Shown here: in pieces, positions 38,593-47,970 of the stretch
Numbering within the stretch: the stretch's first letter is position 1
Layout: each line of letters starts with the position of its first letter
Source: Candidatus Nanoarchaeia archaeon
GTDB lineage: Archaea; Nanobdellota; Nanobdellia; Woesearchaeales; JACQSR01
NCBI GenBank assembly: GCA_035289105.1
Contig: DATDYF010000040.1
Location: forward strand, 1 to 62,087
Direction: 5' to 3'
DNA: 62,087 nt
Notes under the pieces: model-generated
What the model saw: the letters and a program-made list of their open reading frames with translations, nothing else
Database searches by the model: none
What the model was told of the DNA's origin: nothing
Translations under genes and position numbers: made by a program

Positions 38593-39528
38593 TTATCTCT
38601 TCTTTTTCGGTTTCTTGATTTCCTTCTCCAGATCAAGCTCTTCAAGAAGCTCCTTGTAGCGGTTCCTTATCGTTACTTCTGTAACGCCAGCAACATCCGC
38701 CACTTCCCGCTGGGTGCGCTTCTCCCCATGGATTAGCGATGCTACATACAATGCCGCTGCTGCAATGCCTGTCGGGCCCCTTCCTGAAGTAAGCTCCGCC
38801 TTTTGGGAGCGTTCCAGGATTTCAACTGCCTTTGACTGGGTTTCAGCGGATAATTTTAAGGATGATGAAAACCTTGCAATGTAATCTGCAGGATTTGATG
38901 GGAGAATCGTAACGCCCAGCTCGCGCGTGACAAACCTGTAGGTTCTTCCAATTTCTTTCTTCTCGATGCCAGAAGCCTCTGAAAGCTCGTCCAGGGTGCG
39001 TGGAACATCATGGCGCCTGCATGCAGCGTACAATGCCCCTGCAACAACGCTTTCCATTGAGCGCCCCCTTACAAGGCCACGCTGTACCGCAAGAGTGTAT
39101 ATCCTTGCAGATTCCTCCTCAACAGATTTTGGCAGCTTGAGGTAAGAGGAAACCCTTTTCAATTCTGCAAGCGCAAGCTTGAGATTTCTTTCAATTGCGG
39201 TAGAAATGCGATACTGCCACTTTCTCAGCCTGAAAAATTTGTTGCGGTCCTTTCCGGCGAGCTTCATGAAGTCTGCTTTTTGCCCCACTTCTGTGCCCAA
39301 GCCCTGGTCGTATTGGGTATAGGTGGCTGGCGCTCCTGTTCGCCTTTTTGAGGACCCTCCCTCAGAGTCAAACTCCCGCCATTCCTGCGAGAAGTCCACC
39401 ATCTTGTCTTCAATAACTAACCCGCAATCCTTGCAGATTATTTCGCCCTTGTCACGATTCCAGAATAAGTTGATTCCAGCACACTCGGGACACTTCTTTA
39501 CGAGCTCAGGCATTTGTTTAACCCCCAA
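38593..39528 (-). CDS. tfb: transcription initiation factor TFB
   Basis: N-terminal Zn ribbon CPECAG...CKDCG, B-reader, two cyclin repeats. Confidence 0.95.
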   Translation of the reverse strand: MGVKQMPELVKKCPECAGINLFWNRDKGEIICKDCGLVIEDKMVDFSQEWREFDSEGGSSKRRTGAPATYTQYDQGLGTEVGQKADFMKLAGKDRNKFFRLRKWQYRISTAIERNLKLALAELKRVSSYLKLPKSVEEESARIYTLAVQRGLVRGRSMESVVAGALYAACRRHDVPRTLDELSEASGIEKKEIGRTYRFVTRELGVTILPSNPADYIARFSSSLKLSAETQSKAVEILERSQKAELTSGRGPTGIAAAALYVASLIHGEKRTQREVADVAGVTEVTIRNRYKELLEELDLEKEIKKPKKKR

Positions 39529-39659
39529 GATAAAATCAAGCTAATCTACTGAACTGATTGGGGAAAAGAAAGGGACTCCGTTTAAAAAGCTTTTCATAAT
39601 ATGCGAAAACTTTAAGAATTATTTTAAAAACATGATGTGACCATTTCACAATCAGAACT

Positions 39660-40241
39660 TTATTTTTTAAGCTGTTTCTTTGCAGTCCGAACGAAAAGGC
39701 GGCCTATGTTAAGCGCAATGTTTTTCTGCCTTTCCTGAATCTCGGAAAAAAGCTTCATCTGGCTTTCAAGGTAAGACGCATGGCTTATCCAAACATCTAG
39801 CGGAGCACTCTTTTCATGCGATAACTTTTCGAAAAGCCCCCTAATTTCCTCAAGCTCCCTCTTGAAGGCCTGAATATCCGCAAGGATGCTGCGGATGTTT
39901 GTATGCTTGTCAGCCAAAAATTTTCTCAATACCCTCTTTAGCGATTCATTGTCTTTTGAAAAGATGGAGTAGCGAAGCTGGCCCAGGTAATAAGCCAATG
40001 ATTCAAGCTTTTCGTTTATCTCAGACCTTTCCTTCAGCTGGGAGCACAAAAGCCTCATCCTGACAAGGGTGTCTGCATTTGCCCTGAGCTCTTCCTGAAA
40101 CAAGCCAGGGCTGAAGGACCTAAACTGGCTCTCTGTTTCCATCAGCTCGTCAATCTCCTTTTTTATTTCAGGGAAGTCAAGCTTTTTCGCCTGCCCGGAT
40201 TTTTTAATTTCAGTTATGCAGTCGTCAAGGCTTTTTTTCAT
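39660..40241 (-). CDS. hypothetical helical/coiled-coil protein
   Basis: 193-aa ORF with no motif; the start overlaps a small AbrB-like ORF. Confidence 0.45.
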   Translation of the reverse strand: MKKSLDDCITEIKKSGQAKKLDFPEIKKEIDELMETESQFRSFSPGLFQEELRANADTLVRMRLLCSQLKERSEINEKLESLAYYLGQLRYSIFSKDNESLKRVLRKFLADKHTNIRSILADIQAFKRELEEIRGLFEKLSHEKSAPLDVWISHASYLESQMKLFSEIQERQKNIALNIGRLFVRTAKKQLKK

Positions 40242-40371
40242 CTTTCACCTTTTCTATGGTAATTCTGGCTATATCGCCTTCCCTGAGCGCAAGCAGCTTT
40301 ACTATCTCCGGGGGCACATTTATAGAGAAGCTGCTTCCCGATTTCCTTACCGTCCTTAAGAACTGCTCCAT
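40225..40371 (-). CDS. small AbrB/SpoVT-like protein (below track cutoff)
   Basis: My translation: MEQFLRTVRKSGSSFSINVPPEIVKLLALREGDIARITIEKVKDEKKP*. 17-nt overlap with the downstream gene. Confidence 0.5.
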   Translation of the reverse strand: MEQFLRTVRKSGSSFSINVPPEIVKLLALREGDIARITIEKVKDEKKP

Positions 40372-40479
40372 ATTTATTATCTTATTATAATGGATATTAT
40401 TAATTAAAATCTTATATTTTGCTCTTTTATTGCTTATTGTATATTTAAATCTTTCGTTTTCGCCTAGAAATAAACTGCA

Positions 40480-40761
40480 CTACCTTTTTCCAAGGGCAAT
40501 CTCTATGGTTGATACCCTGACATTCCTGCCTTCGTCGTTCTGGAATTCCTCTGAGCCTATGCTTATGGAATCTACTCCAATTGCGTTGTCGAGAAATCTC
40601 TTGCAGGCAACTTCCGCGACATCAACAGCCCGGGAGATGAACTTGCCCCGCGCCTTGACAATCACCTGCGAGGCGTCTTTAGTGGTAAACTGCATTACAA
40701 CTCCAGTTACATAGTTCATAAAAGGCTTGCCGCCTACAAAAATGCTGTTGTCTTCAGTCAT
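40480..40761 (-). CDS. albA: chromatin protein Alba
   Basis: VIVKARGKFISRAVDVAEV motif; 93 aa. Confidence 0.9.
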   Translation of the reverse strand: MTEDNSIFVGGKPFMNYVTGVVMQFTTKDASQVIVKARGKFISRAVDVAEVACKRFLDNAIGVDSISIGSEEFQNDEGRNVRVSTIEIALGKR

Positions 40762-40763
40762 TT

Positions 40764-40958
40764 TTATGCACGTGACTTCGCTTTGGCCATCCTTGTAACA
40801 TATCCGGCAACCGAATTCCTTACTTTCTTGCTCTGAATTTTTGCGAATTGCGACATTAACTTGCTGTTAAAGCTGAAATCCGCCTTGAATGAATCTGGGT
40901 GCTTCTCAAAGATCTCAAAGCTTACCCTCTTAATCAATTTTGTCTTTATTCTTCCCAT
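40764..40958 (-). CDS. rps17e: 30S ribosomal protein S17e
   Basis: MGRIKTKLIKRVSFEIFEKH N-terminus; 64 aa. Confidence 0.9.
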   Translation of the reverse strand: MGRIKTKLIKRVSFEIFEKHPDSFKADFSFNSKLMSQFAKIQSKKVRNSVAGYVTRMAKAKSRA

Positions 40959-41000
40959 AGGTTTTTGCAGTAATGCTAAATTTAAAAAGGTATCGGAAGC

Positions 41001-42659
41001 TCACATCCTCTCGATTGCGTCAATATTAAGTATATCGAGCCCTGCATGGAGCACTTCCCTTACGCACCAAATAAGAACTATGCGGGCATCCCTTAGGGAT
41101 TCCTCTTCCCTGATGATGGGGCATTGATGGTAGTATTCGTTAAATGCCTGTGAAAGGCTAAGCAGGAAATGTGGGATTAAATGCAGTCTAAGCTTGTTTC
41201 CTGCTGTTTCGATAACGTCAGGAAATTCCGAAAGCATAACAATAAGCTTCTTTTCCAGCTCATGGCTCAAAAGGCCGTAATCAGCATCGGAAGGTATTGC
41301 TTTTTTGTATTTCCTTAGAATTGAAGAGATTCTTGTGTAAGTATACTGCACATAAGGCCCTGTTTCGCCCTCAAATGACAATGATTCCTCAGGATGGTAC
41401 ATCATTGATTTGGAGGAATCGGTTCTGAGCAGATAAAAGCGCAATGCAGCATAGCCTATTTTTTTTGACCTTTTGAGTTTTTCATTTTCCGAGAGCTTCG
41501 GGTATCTTTTGTCCACCTCCTTTCTTGCAAGGCTGGAGATTTCGGCCATTATATCATCTGCATCAACCACCTTGCCTTCCCTCGATTTCATCTTGCCTTC
41601 CGGAAGGAAAACCATGCCGTAGCTCAAATGGTAAACCTGGGCCGCATGGCTGAAATTGAGCCTGTGGAGCACCGATATTAAGACCTTGAAATGGTAATCC
41701 TGCTCCGAGCCAACAACATAAATTGACCTGTCGAGATTATAATCGCTGAATTTTTTCATGGCGAGGTAAATATCCTGGGTGATATAAACCGAAGTTCCGT
41801 CTGAGCGCAGGAGAACCTTTTCCCCGAGGTTTTCTTTCTTAAGGTCGGCAATGATGCCCTGCTCGTTTTTACTGAATATGCCATTTTTCAGACCGTCGAG
41901 AACTATTTCCCTGCCTTTTCCATAGATTCCACTTTCCATGTATTCCTTGTCGAATTGAACCCCGAGGGCCTTGTAAGTTTCCTTGAAGCCTTTAATGGCC
42001 CATTTGTTCATTTTTTTCCAGAGAGCCCTTACATGCTGGTCTTTTTTTTCCCACCTGACAAGCATTTGCTGAATTTCTGCCTTTAAGGCGTCATTTTCAT
42101 TTTTGCTGTAGAGCACATAAAAATCCCCGACGAAATGGTCCGGCTTTTTGTCCGGCTCCCTTCCGTTTCCCCATTTGTCGTATGCAAGCATCGACTTGCA
42201 TATATGGACTCCCCGGTCGTTTACCAGATTTGCCCTTATGACCTTGTTTCCGAGAAACTCCAATGTGTTTGAAACAGCCATGCCAAGGAAAAGGTTCCTC
42301 AAATGCCCGAGGTGGAGCGGTTTGTTCGTGTTTGGCGACAAAAACTCCACCATGACAGTTTTACCCTGGTTTTTTCTTCCATAATTTCCTGCTCTTATCT
42401 TTTTTATTACGTCTTCAGCTAATGCAGACTTTTTAAGAAAAAAGTTCAGGTAAGGGCCATTGACCTCTATCCTTTCCACAGATTTTGGCTTTTCTATTTT
42501 TTTGGCAAGTTCTGCTGCAATCTGCTGGGGGCTTTTTTTCAGGGTCTTTGAAAGGCTAAAGCACGGAAACGCAAAGTCGCCTAGTTTAGGGTCTGGCGGG
42601 ATTTCCAAGGCAACATCTGCATTGACAACTTTCCTGATTGCATCTGCTATCTCTTTCAT
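41001..42659 (-). CDS. argS: arginyl-tRNA synthetase
   Basis: SPNTNKPLHLGHLRN (HIGH), MKSREGKVV (KMSK-like), C-terminal DALR anticodon-binding domain. Confidence 0.95.
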   Translation of the reverse strand: MKEIADAIRKVVNADVALEIPPDPKLGDFAFPCFSLSKTLKKSPQQIAAELAKKIEKPKSVERIEVNGPYLNFFLKKSALAEDVIKKIRAGNYGRKNQGKTVMVEFLSPNTNKPLHLGHLRNLFLGMAVSNTLEFLGNKVIRANLVNDRGVHICKSMLAYDKWGNGREPDKKPDHFVGDFYVLYSKNENDALKAEIQQMLVRWEKKDQHVRALWKKMNKWAIKGFKETYKALGVQFDKEYMESGIYGKGREIVLDGLKNGIFSKNEQGIIADLKKENLGEKVLLRSDGTSVYITQDIYLAMKKFSDYNLDRSIYVVGSEQDYHFKVLISVLHRLNFSHAAQVYHLSYGMVFLPEGKMKSREGKVVDADDIMAEISSLARKEVDKRYPKLSENEKLKRSKKIGYAALRFYLLRTDSSKSMMYHPEESLSFEGETGPYVQYTYTRISSILRKYKKAIPSDADYGLLSHELEKKLIVMLSEFPDVIETAGNKLRLHLIPHFLLSLSQAFNEYYHQCPIIREEESLRDARIVLIWCVREVLHAGLDILNIDAIERM

Positions 42660-43408
42660 TCTGCAACAATCTCTGGCTGCTTTTCGCTTAGAATATACTG
42701 GTAAAACTTGCCGCCTACAAACATCTGCGCAACGTCCTTGAGGTCTTCCATGATTTTTGTCAGGGTGGCCTTGCTTACAGGGGGAAGGGCATCGATGAGT
42801 ATTATGGAATCTTTTGAGCTGGCCCTTAGCCTGAAATTATGCGATGCCTTCCAGTTCCATTTTCTTGAGGCAACTTCCTTGTCGTCCTTTAGAATGACTT
42901 CCCCCTTGCTGGGCCTAGACCTTTTCTTTCCATCGAAAAAGGTTTCCTTGCCGGATGCAAAGCAGAGCCTTAGGTTTCCATTTACAGAATTCAAATCAAA
43001 GCCTCCAACCGGGACTATGTGCTTTAAGGACAGATAATTAATCACGTCCTGAAGCTTATTTGCCCCCCTTACCGCCTTCCCGCCTAATACATTCCCCATA
43101 AGGCCTTCTACAGAGCAATGATACTTCTCAGGCCTTTCGCCAAATTCGTCGTAAGCAGAGCGCCATGATGATATAGTTGCTGACCTGGCAAGCTTCTCGT
43201 AAGTGAAATTCAGCCTTACAAAATTCTCAACTTCCTCAAGAAGGCCGAATATTTTCCTGTCATCGCCCCTGTTGTCGATGCCTTTTAGGACAACAACCCC
43301 TACATGCAGGCCTTCAAACTTTCTGAACAACTTTTTGTCTGCGATTACCCTCATATTCATTAATTCCAGCGGGAAATTTATTAACCTTTCTTTTTTAGGT
43401 AACTGCAA
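42656..43408 (-). CDS. B3/B4 (PheRS-beta-like) tRNA-binding domain protein
   Basis: Stand-alone B3_4-like pattern; 250 aa; ATGA overlap with argS. Confidence 0.7.
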   Translation of the reverse strand: MQLPKKERLINFPLELMNMRVIADKKLFRKFEGLHVGVVVLKGIDNRGDDRKIFGLLEEVENFVRLNFTYEKLARSATISSWRSAYDEFGERPEKYHCSVEGLMGNVLGGKAVRGANKLQDVINYLSLKHIVPVGGFDLNSVNGNLRLCFASGKETFFDGKKRSRPSKGEVILKDDKEVASRKWNWKASHNFRLRASSKDSIILIDALPPVSKATLTKIMEDLKDVAQMFVGGKFYQYILSEKQPEIVAE

Positions 43409-43980
43409 AGGTCGTTAACTGACAACAGCCTTATTCCGTGCCTCTTTGAGAAATCGCCTAAATAGCTTAAGTCTGCCATTTTGCCGCTGTCGTCCATAAT
43501 CTCTGCAATCAAGGCGGCAGGATAAAGCGATGCGAGTTTCATCAGCCCTATAGCTGCCTCTGTATGGCCTTTTCTTCCCTGCAGCCCAAGCTCATGTGCC
43601 TTAAGAGGGAACATGTGGCCTGGCCTCAATAATTCTTCTGGGCTGCATGCCGGGTTTATGAGTGCCTTGATGGTCTTAATCCGGTCTTTGACAGAAACTC
43701 CGGTTGAAGTCGAGCAATGGTCTACCGAGACTGTAAAGGGCGTGTTGAACCTGTCATTATGGTTGATTACCATTAGCGGAATCTTAAGCTCGCCCAAGCG
43801 CTTGGCTTCCATTGGCACGCATAAAATGCCCCTCGCGGATTTAAGCATGAAATTTAGCTTTTCTTCCGTAACCTTTTCTGCCGAGATTACCAAGTCTCCT
43901 TCGTTTTCCCTTTTCTCGTCATCAATGATTATCACAAAGTTCCCATTCTTCAGGTCATTTACAGCCTCTTCAACTGTCAT
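43381..43980 (-). CDS. ribB: 3,4-dihydroxy-2-butanone-4-phosphate synthase
   Basis: DDEKRENEGDLV, GHTEAAI motifs. Confidence 0.9.
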   Translation of the reverse strand: MTVEEAVNDLKNGNFVIIIDDEKRENEGDLVISAEKVTEEKLNFMLKSARGILCVPMEAKRLGELKIPLMVINHNDRFNTPFTVSVDHCSTSTGVSVKDRIKTIKALINPACSPEELLRPGHMFPLKAHELGLQGRKGHTEAAIGLMKLASLYPAALIAEIMDDSGKMADLSYLGDFSKRHGIRLLSVNDLCSYLKKKG

Positions 43981-45068
43981 AAATAACCTTCCACAAGAAT
44001 GTCATTTCCTATTTTCCTTGTTGACATTTCCCTGATGTTTATTGTGTTGTCAAGCTTCTTTATCCCAAGGTCGCCAAATGCGTCGAGGCCTTTCCCTATA
44101 AGGCGCGGAGCAGTAAATACAAGTATTTTGTCCACAATTTTTTCCTTGAGCGCGGATGAATTAACCCTGTTGCCACCTTCTATCAATATCGAAGTAATTT
44201 CGTGCTTGCCAAGCTCCCTCATCAGAAAGTCGAGGTCCACAAGCCCTGCTTTGGAAGGGGCAATGATTATTTTGGCTCCCTTATTTTGTATTGCCTTTAT
44301 CTTGTTTTTTGGGGCCTTTGATGTAGTTGCAATAATCAACTTCTCCGGGGATTTCATTATGTTTCCCTTAAGTGGAATCTTCAAAGTTGAATCAACTATG
44401 ATTTTTATCGGGTCTTTTCCCTTTACAAGCCTCGCATCAAGCTTTGGGTTGTCTGCAATAAGCGTGTTTATCCCTATCAAGACTGCGTCAACATTGCTTC
44501 TGAGCTGGTGGACGTATTTCCTTGATTCTTTGCTTGTGATGTATTTGGAGTTGCCTGTTGAGGTTGCAATTTTGCCATCAAGCGATGCTGCTACCTTGAG
44601 TATTACAAAAGGCTTCTTTGTTTTGATGTATTTTATGTAAATCTCGTTCATCCTCCTTGCTTCCTCTTCCAAAACACCCATCCTGGTTTTTATGCCTCTG
44701 GACTTCAAGATTCCGAATCCATTTACCAGGGGATTAGGGTCTTTCATTCCAATAACAACCTCAGAAACCCCTGACTTTACAATTGCTTCGGTGCAGGGCG
44801 GAGTTCTGCCCCAATGCGAGCATGGCTCCAGTGTCACGTATAGTGTGGAGTTCTTGGCACGCTTTCCCGCCTGCTTTAATGCAATAACCTCGGCATGGTC
44901 TTCGCCTGCCCTCACATGAAAGCCGCGGCCTATAATCTTGCCACGCTTCACGACAAGAGAGCCAACCATCGGATTTGGGGAAACTGTGTGGCGGCCTTTT
45001 TCTGCAAGCTTTAGCGCCATTTCCAGGTATTTGCGGTGAGGAATCATGAGGCGAAGATAAGAGCCCAA
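43977..45068 (-). CDS. ribD: bifunctional riboflavin deaminase/reductase RibD
   Basis: HAEVIAL...LEPCSHWGRTPPC deaminase zinc site, plus a C-terminal reductase domain. Confidence 0.9.
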   Translation of the reverse strand: MGSYLRLMIPHRKYLEMALKLAEKGRHTVSPNPMVGSLVVKRGKIIGRGFHVRAGEDHAEVIALKQAGKRAKNSTLYVTLEPCSHWGRTPPCTEAIVKSGVSEVVIGMKDPNPLVNGFGILKSRGIKTRMGVLEEEARRMNEIYIKYIKTKKPFVILKVAASLDGKIATSTGNSKYITSKESRKYVHQLRSNVDAVLIGINTLIADNPKLDARLVKGKDPIKIIVDSTLKIPLKGNIMKSPEKLIIATTSKAPKNKIKAIQNKGAKIIIAPSKAGLVDLDFLMRELGKHEITSILIEGGNRVNSSALKEKIVDKILVFTAPRLIGKGLDAFGDLGIKKLDNTINIREMSTRKIGNDILVEGYL

Positions 45069-45121
45069 TTTAAAAGGTTAACGCCTCAAGATTTAAATAC
45101 AATGGCGCTGGTGAATTTGAT

Positions 45122-46024
45122 ATGACCTCAAAGTCCCAGTTAGGCAAGGTTATCAGGCGCATATTTCCTGAAAGCAGAATAAGGAGCATTTCCCTTCGAA
45201 GGGGTTTTTTCAATGAAAATTGGATTATAGGGATGGACAGCAGGAAGGTGGTTGTAAGGGTTTTCGATGAGCCGTGGAAGGCAAAGAAAGAGGAATTCTT
45301 GTACGGCCTTATTCGGAAGAAAACTGATGTTCCTGTTCCGGAGGTTTACTATTGCGATGTTTCCAGGAAAATTTTATCAAAGCCTTACCTAGCGCTTTCG
45401 CTCTGCGATGGAAGAATCGCCAAGGATGCGAAGGAACTGGAAAAAAGAACGATAATGCAGATGGGCAGCTATCTTGCAAAAATACATTCGGTAAGGATGA
45501 AAAGCTTTGGGTGGATTATTGGGGATGCCATAAGGCCCAGCTTCAGCAAATGGAAAGATTTTATGGATTATGATTTTGGCAATAAGCTTGCTGTTATCAG
45601 GAAGCATGGCGATCTTGGGAAGGAGATTGACGATATTAGAAAAACTTATAATTGCTATCAGACACTTTTTGATGTAAGGGAGAAGCCCTGCCTGCTGCAC
45701 AAGGATTTCCATCTGCAAAATATTTTTATTAAGGGCGATAAGGTTTCAGGCGTAATTGACTGGGAATGGGCTTTGGGAGGCCATAATGAGCTTGACATTT
45801 CAAAGTCGGTTCTTTTTATGTTTGAGAAAAATCCTGGGCTGGAGAAGGAGTTCATCAAAGGCTATCTAAGGCATGGAAGCCTTAAGGGATTTGAAAAGCG
45901 CAAGAGTGCCTACAGGTTTGTGAATATCGTGGGAAATCTCAGCCTGGCTTTCCAGCTTGGGAACAGGAAGGCTGCAATTGAGAACAAGGCAAGGCTTGCA
46001 GAAATGCTAAAGCAGATGCCCTAG
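45122..46024 (+). CDS. aminoglycoside-phosphotransferase-like (APH/ChoK) kinase
   Basis: LLHKDFHLQNIF (catalytic loop) and VIDWEWA. Confidence 0.75.
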   Translation: MTSKSQLGKVIRRIFPESRIRSISLRRGFFNENWIIGMDSRKVVVRVFDEPWKAKKEEFLYGLIRKKTDVPVPEVYYCDVSRKILSKPYLALSLCDGRIAKDAKELEKRTIMQMGSYLAKIHSVRMKSFGWIIGDAIRPSFSKWKDFMDYDFGNKLAVIRKHGDLGKEIDDIRKTYNCYQTLFDVREKPCLLHKDFHLQNIFIKGDKVSGVIDWEWALGGHNELDISKSVLFMFEKNPGLEKEFIKGYLRHGSLKGFEKRKSAYRFVNIVGNLSLAFQLGNRKAAIENKARLAEMLKQMP

Positions 46025-46582
46025 GCGCTTCTTTTTTGCATCGAGGTAAGGCTTGTTTATTTCGTTTGGATTCGAAGGCAATTCCAAGCGCCTCTCAACT
46101 TTTATGCCGGAATTTTCAAGTTCCGAGACTTTTTCCGGATTGTTTGTGAGCAGCTGAATTGATGTTACGTTGAGGCTTTTTAGAATCTCTGCAGCAACTT
46201 TGTAATCCCTTTCGTCTGCCTTGAATCCTAAATGAAGATTGGCATCAACAGTGTCCATGCCTTTGTCCTGCAGAGAATACGCCCTAATTTTGTTTAGAAG
46301 CCCTATGCCGCGCCCTTCCTGGCGAAGGTAAAGGAGAATTCCGCCGCTTTTTCCAATTAAGTCTAAAGATTGTGTAATTTGCTGATGGCAGTCGCACCTC
46401 ATTGAGTGCAATACATCCCCTGTAAGGCATTCTGAGTGGATGCGCACGAGAACATTGCTTTTTGCTTCCCCCTTAACTGCAGCAACATGCTGGTTGCCGT
46501 CATCGCATTCAAACGCAATGACCCTAAAGTTTCCGTGTTCTGTCGGCAGTGAAGCTTCGGCGGTTTTAAGAATTTTAACCAT
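46007..46582 (-). CDS. ribA: GTP cyclohydrolase II
   Basis: RIHSECLTGDVLHSMRCDC zinc motif and LRQEGRGIGL. Confidence 0.9.
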   Translation of the reverse strand: MVKILKTAEASLPTEHGNFRVIAFECDDGNQHVAAVKGEAKSNVLVRIHSECLTGDVLHSMRCDCHQQITQSLDLIGKSGGILLYLRQEGRGIGLLNKIRAYSLQDKGMDTVDANLHLGFKADERDYKVAAEILKSLNVTSIQLLTNNPEKVSELENSGIKVERRLELPSNPNEINKPYLDAKKKRLGHLL

Positions 46583-46587
46583 GACAA

Positions 46588-46767
46588 CTATTCTTCTTCC
46601 TCTTTGGACTCTTTGGATTCCTTCCCACCTTCCTCTTCGGCATCCTCATAGCCCTTCATAAAGCCCGCTTCTTCAGGAGAGAGCTCGTCGTCTGCAACCA
46701 TCTCTTCCCTGCCTTCATCTTCATAAACTTCTTCCTTGCCCGTCTCACGGTCTTCATCTTCTGCCAT
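46588..46767 (-). CDS. small highly acidic protein (uncertain)
   Basis: MAEDEDRETGKEEVYEDEG...; low complexity; start chosen at the internal Met. Confidence 0.3.
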   Translation of the reverse strand: MAEDEDRETGKEEVYEDEGREEMVADDELSPEEAGFMKGYEDAEEEGGKESKESKEEEE

Positions 46768-46834
46768 AAAAAGTGGGTTAAAGGGGTTATATTTAAAACT
46801 TATGTGCGATAAGATACAAACCAAATTCAAAAGG

Positions 46835-46842
46835 TTTAAATA
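46835..46842 (+). promoter_or_regulatory. TATA box (TTTAAATA)
   Basis: AAAAGG+TTTAAATA with its centre about 26 nt upstream of the ATG at 46865. Confidence 0.45.
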
Positions 46843-46864
46843 CGTTCATCAGCACCTTTGCTCC

Positions 46865-47011
46865 ATGGAAACCGTGCTCATCGGGGCTTCTGTAGCGTTA
46901 GTGGCTTATGTCGTCTACAGGCTGTTCAGGCCGCCTCAGAATGACTTTGACAGAAAGTATGATGAGATTTTGAATTCTGACAAATACAAGGTTAAAGGGC
47001 AATATGAGTAA
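46865..47011 (+). CDS. small single-TM protein
   Basis: METVLIGASVALVAYVVYRLF...; the promoter spacing supports this start over the track start at 46736. Confidence 0.4.
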   Translation: METVLIGASVALVAYVVYRLFRPPQNDFDRKYDEILNSDKYKVKGQYE

Positions 47012-47046
47012 TTTTTAAATACCCTTCCTAAGTTCTCCGCAAATAT

Positions 47047-47140
47047 GCCCCGATAGTGTAGTCCGGCCAATCATTTTGCCCTCTCGGAACATAACTGTTG
47101 AAGACAGGCAAAGACTCGAGTTCAAATCTCGATCGGGGCA
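47047..47140 (+). tRNA. tRNA-Glu(CUC) with 19-nt canonical intron
   Basis: GCCCCGA/UCGGGGC+A; D-arm GUGUAGUCCGGCCAAUCAU typical of archaeal tRNA-Glu; anticodon stem UUGCC/GGCAA; T-arm UCGAG-UUCAAAU-CUCGA; T-tract after. Confidence 0.85.
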
Positions 47141-47190
47141 GTTTTTCTTTGAGAAAATTATATATACTAAGTCAGTTTTCCATTAATACA

Positions 47191-47883
47191 ATGAAGAAGC
47201 TTGTGATATTGCTGGTTTTTGTACTAATTTTATCTGGGTGCGGAGAAAATATTCCCGCAGGGGACAAGACTATCCCTATAGTTGAAGACGTAATTCAGAA
47301 CGACACTGCGAAGGTTGCGGAAATTGAGGACAAGAATGTTTCTATTTCTGAAGTCGGTGAAGAGCAGGCTGAAGAAGAAACAGAAGAACCTAAGGTCATC
47401 GATATAAATGATGTTCAAAAGATAGACACTGATGTAGACTTAAGCAGCTTTCCAGAGCTGTTTTTGGGGGATGCTGATGGCAAGACGGTTGCGAATGCTG
47501 TCATTGTAGTAGGGAAGAATGCCCCTGCAAAAGATGTCATTTCTGCCACAATTGTTGCAACGGCATTAAATGAATTGGTGGAGGAAAAGGGTGGCAGGGC
47601 CTTGACCAAGCTTGACGATGAGGTTGAGAGCGCGCTTGACAGAAATGCAATTGTGATAGGAAACCCCTGCGACAATGCAAAGGCAAAGGAATTGATGGGA
47701 ATATCAGACTGCAATGCGGATTTGGAGCCAAAGAAGGCGATGATTAGGCTATACGAGAACAACGGGTTTGTGCAGATGACAATTGTCGGATATGATGCAG
47801 AAGGAACTTACAAAGCAGCGCAGAAGCTGGTTGACAAGACTTCTGCCTTGGAAGGAAAGTTCCTTGTGATGGGTTATTCTTGA
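47191..47883 (+). CDS. secreted lipobox protein with S-layer-like domain
   Basis: MKKLVILLVFVLILSGC lipobox; acidic linker; VIVVGKNAPAKDVISA...IVIGNPCDN resembles archaeal S-layer domain patterns (recollection). The track start at 47098 lies inside the tRNA. Confidence 0.6.
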   Translation: MKKLVILLVFVLILSGCGENIPAGDKTIPIVEDVIQNDTAKVAEIEDKNVSISEVGEEQAEEETEEPKVIDINDVQKIDTDVDLSSFPELFLGDADGKTVANAVIVVGKNAPAKDVISATIVATALNELVEEKGGRALTKLDDEVESALDRNAIVIGNPCDNAKAKELMGISDCNADLEPKKAMIRLYENNGFVQMTIVGYDAEGTYKAAQKLVDKTSALEGKFLVMGYS

Positions 47884-47941
47884 TTAAGTTTTTAATCTTG
47901 TTTTAATGACCGTAATTCTTCCGGTTTTTTATGGGAAAAGG

Positions 47942-47949
47942 TTATAAAG
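47942..47949 (+). promoter_or_regulatory. TATA box (TTATAAAG)
   Basis: AAAAGG+TTATAAAG with its centre about 26 nt upstream of the ATG at 47971. Confidence 0.4.
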
Positions 47950-47970
47950 CAATAAATCATCGCAAGAGGG

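Noticed and set aside
47098-47190. Upstream extension of the lipobox protein ORF (track start at 47098).
   Set aside because: The extension starts inside tRNA-Glu. The internal Met at 47191 gives a perfect signal peptide + lipobox.
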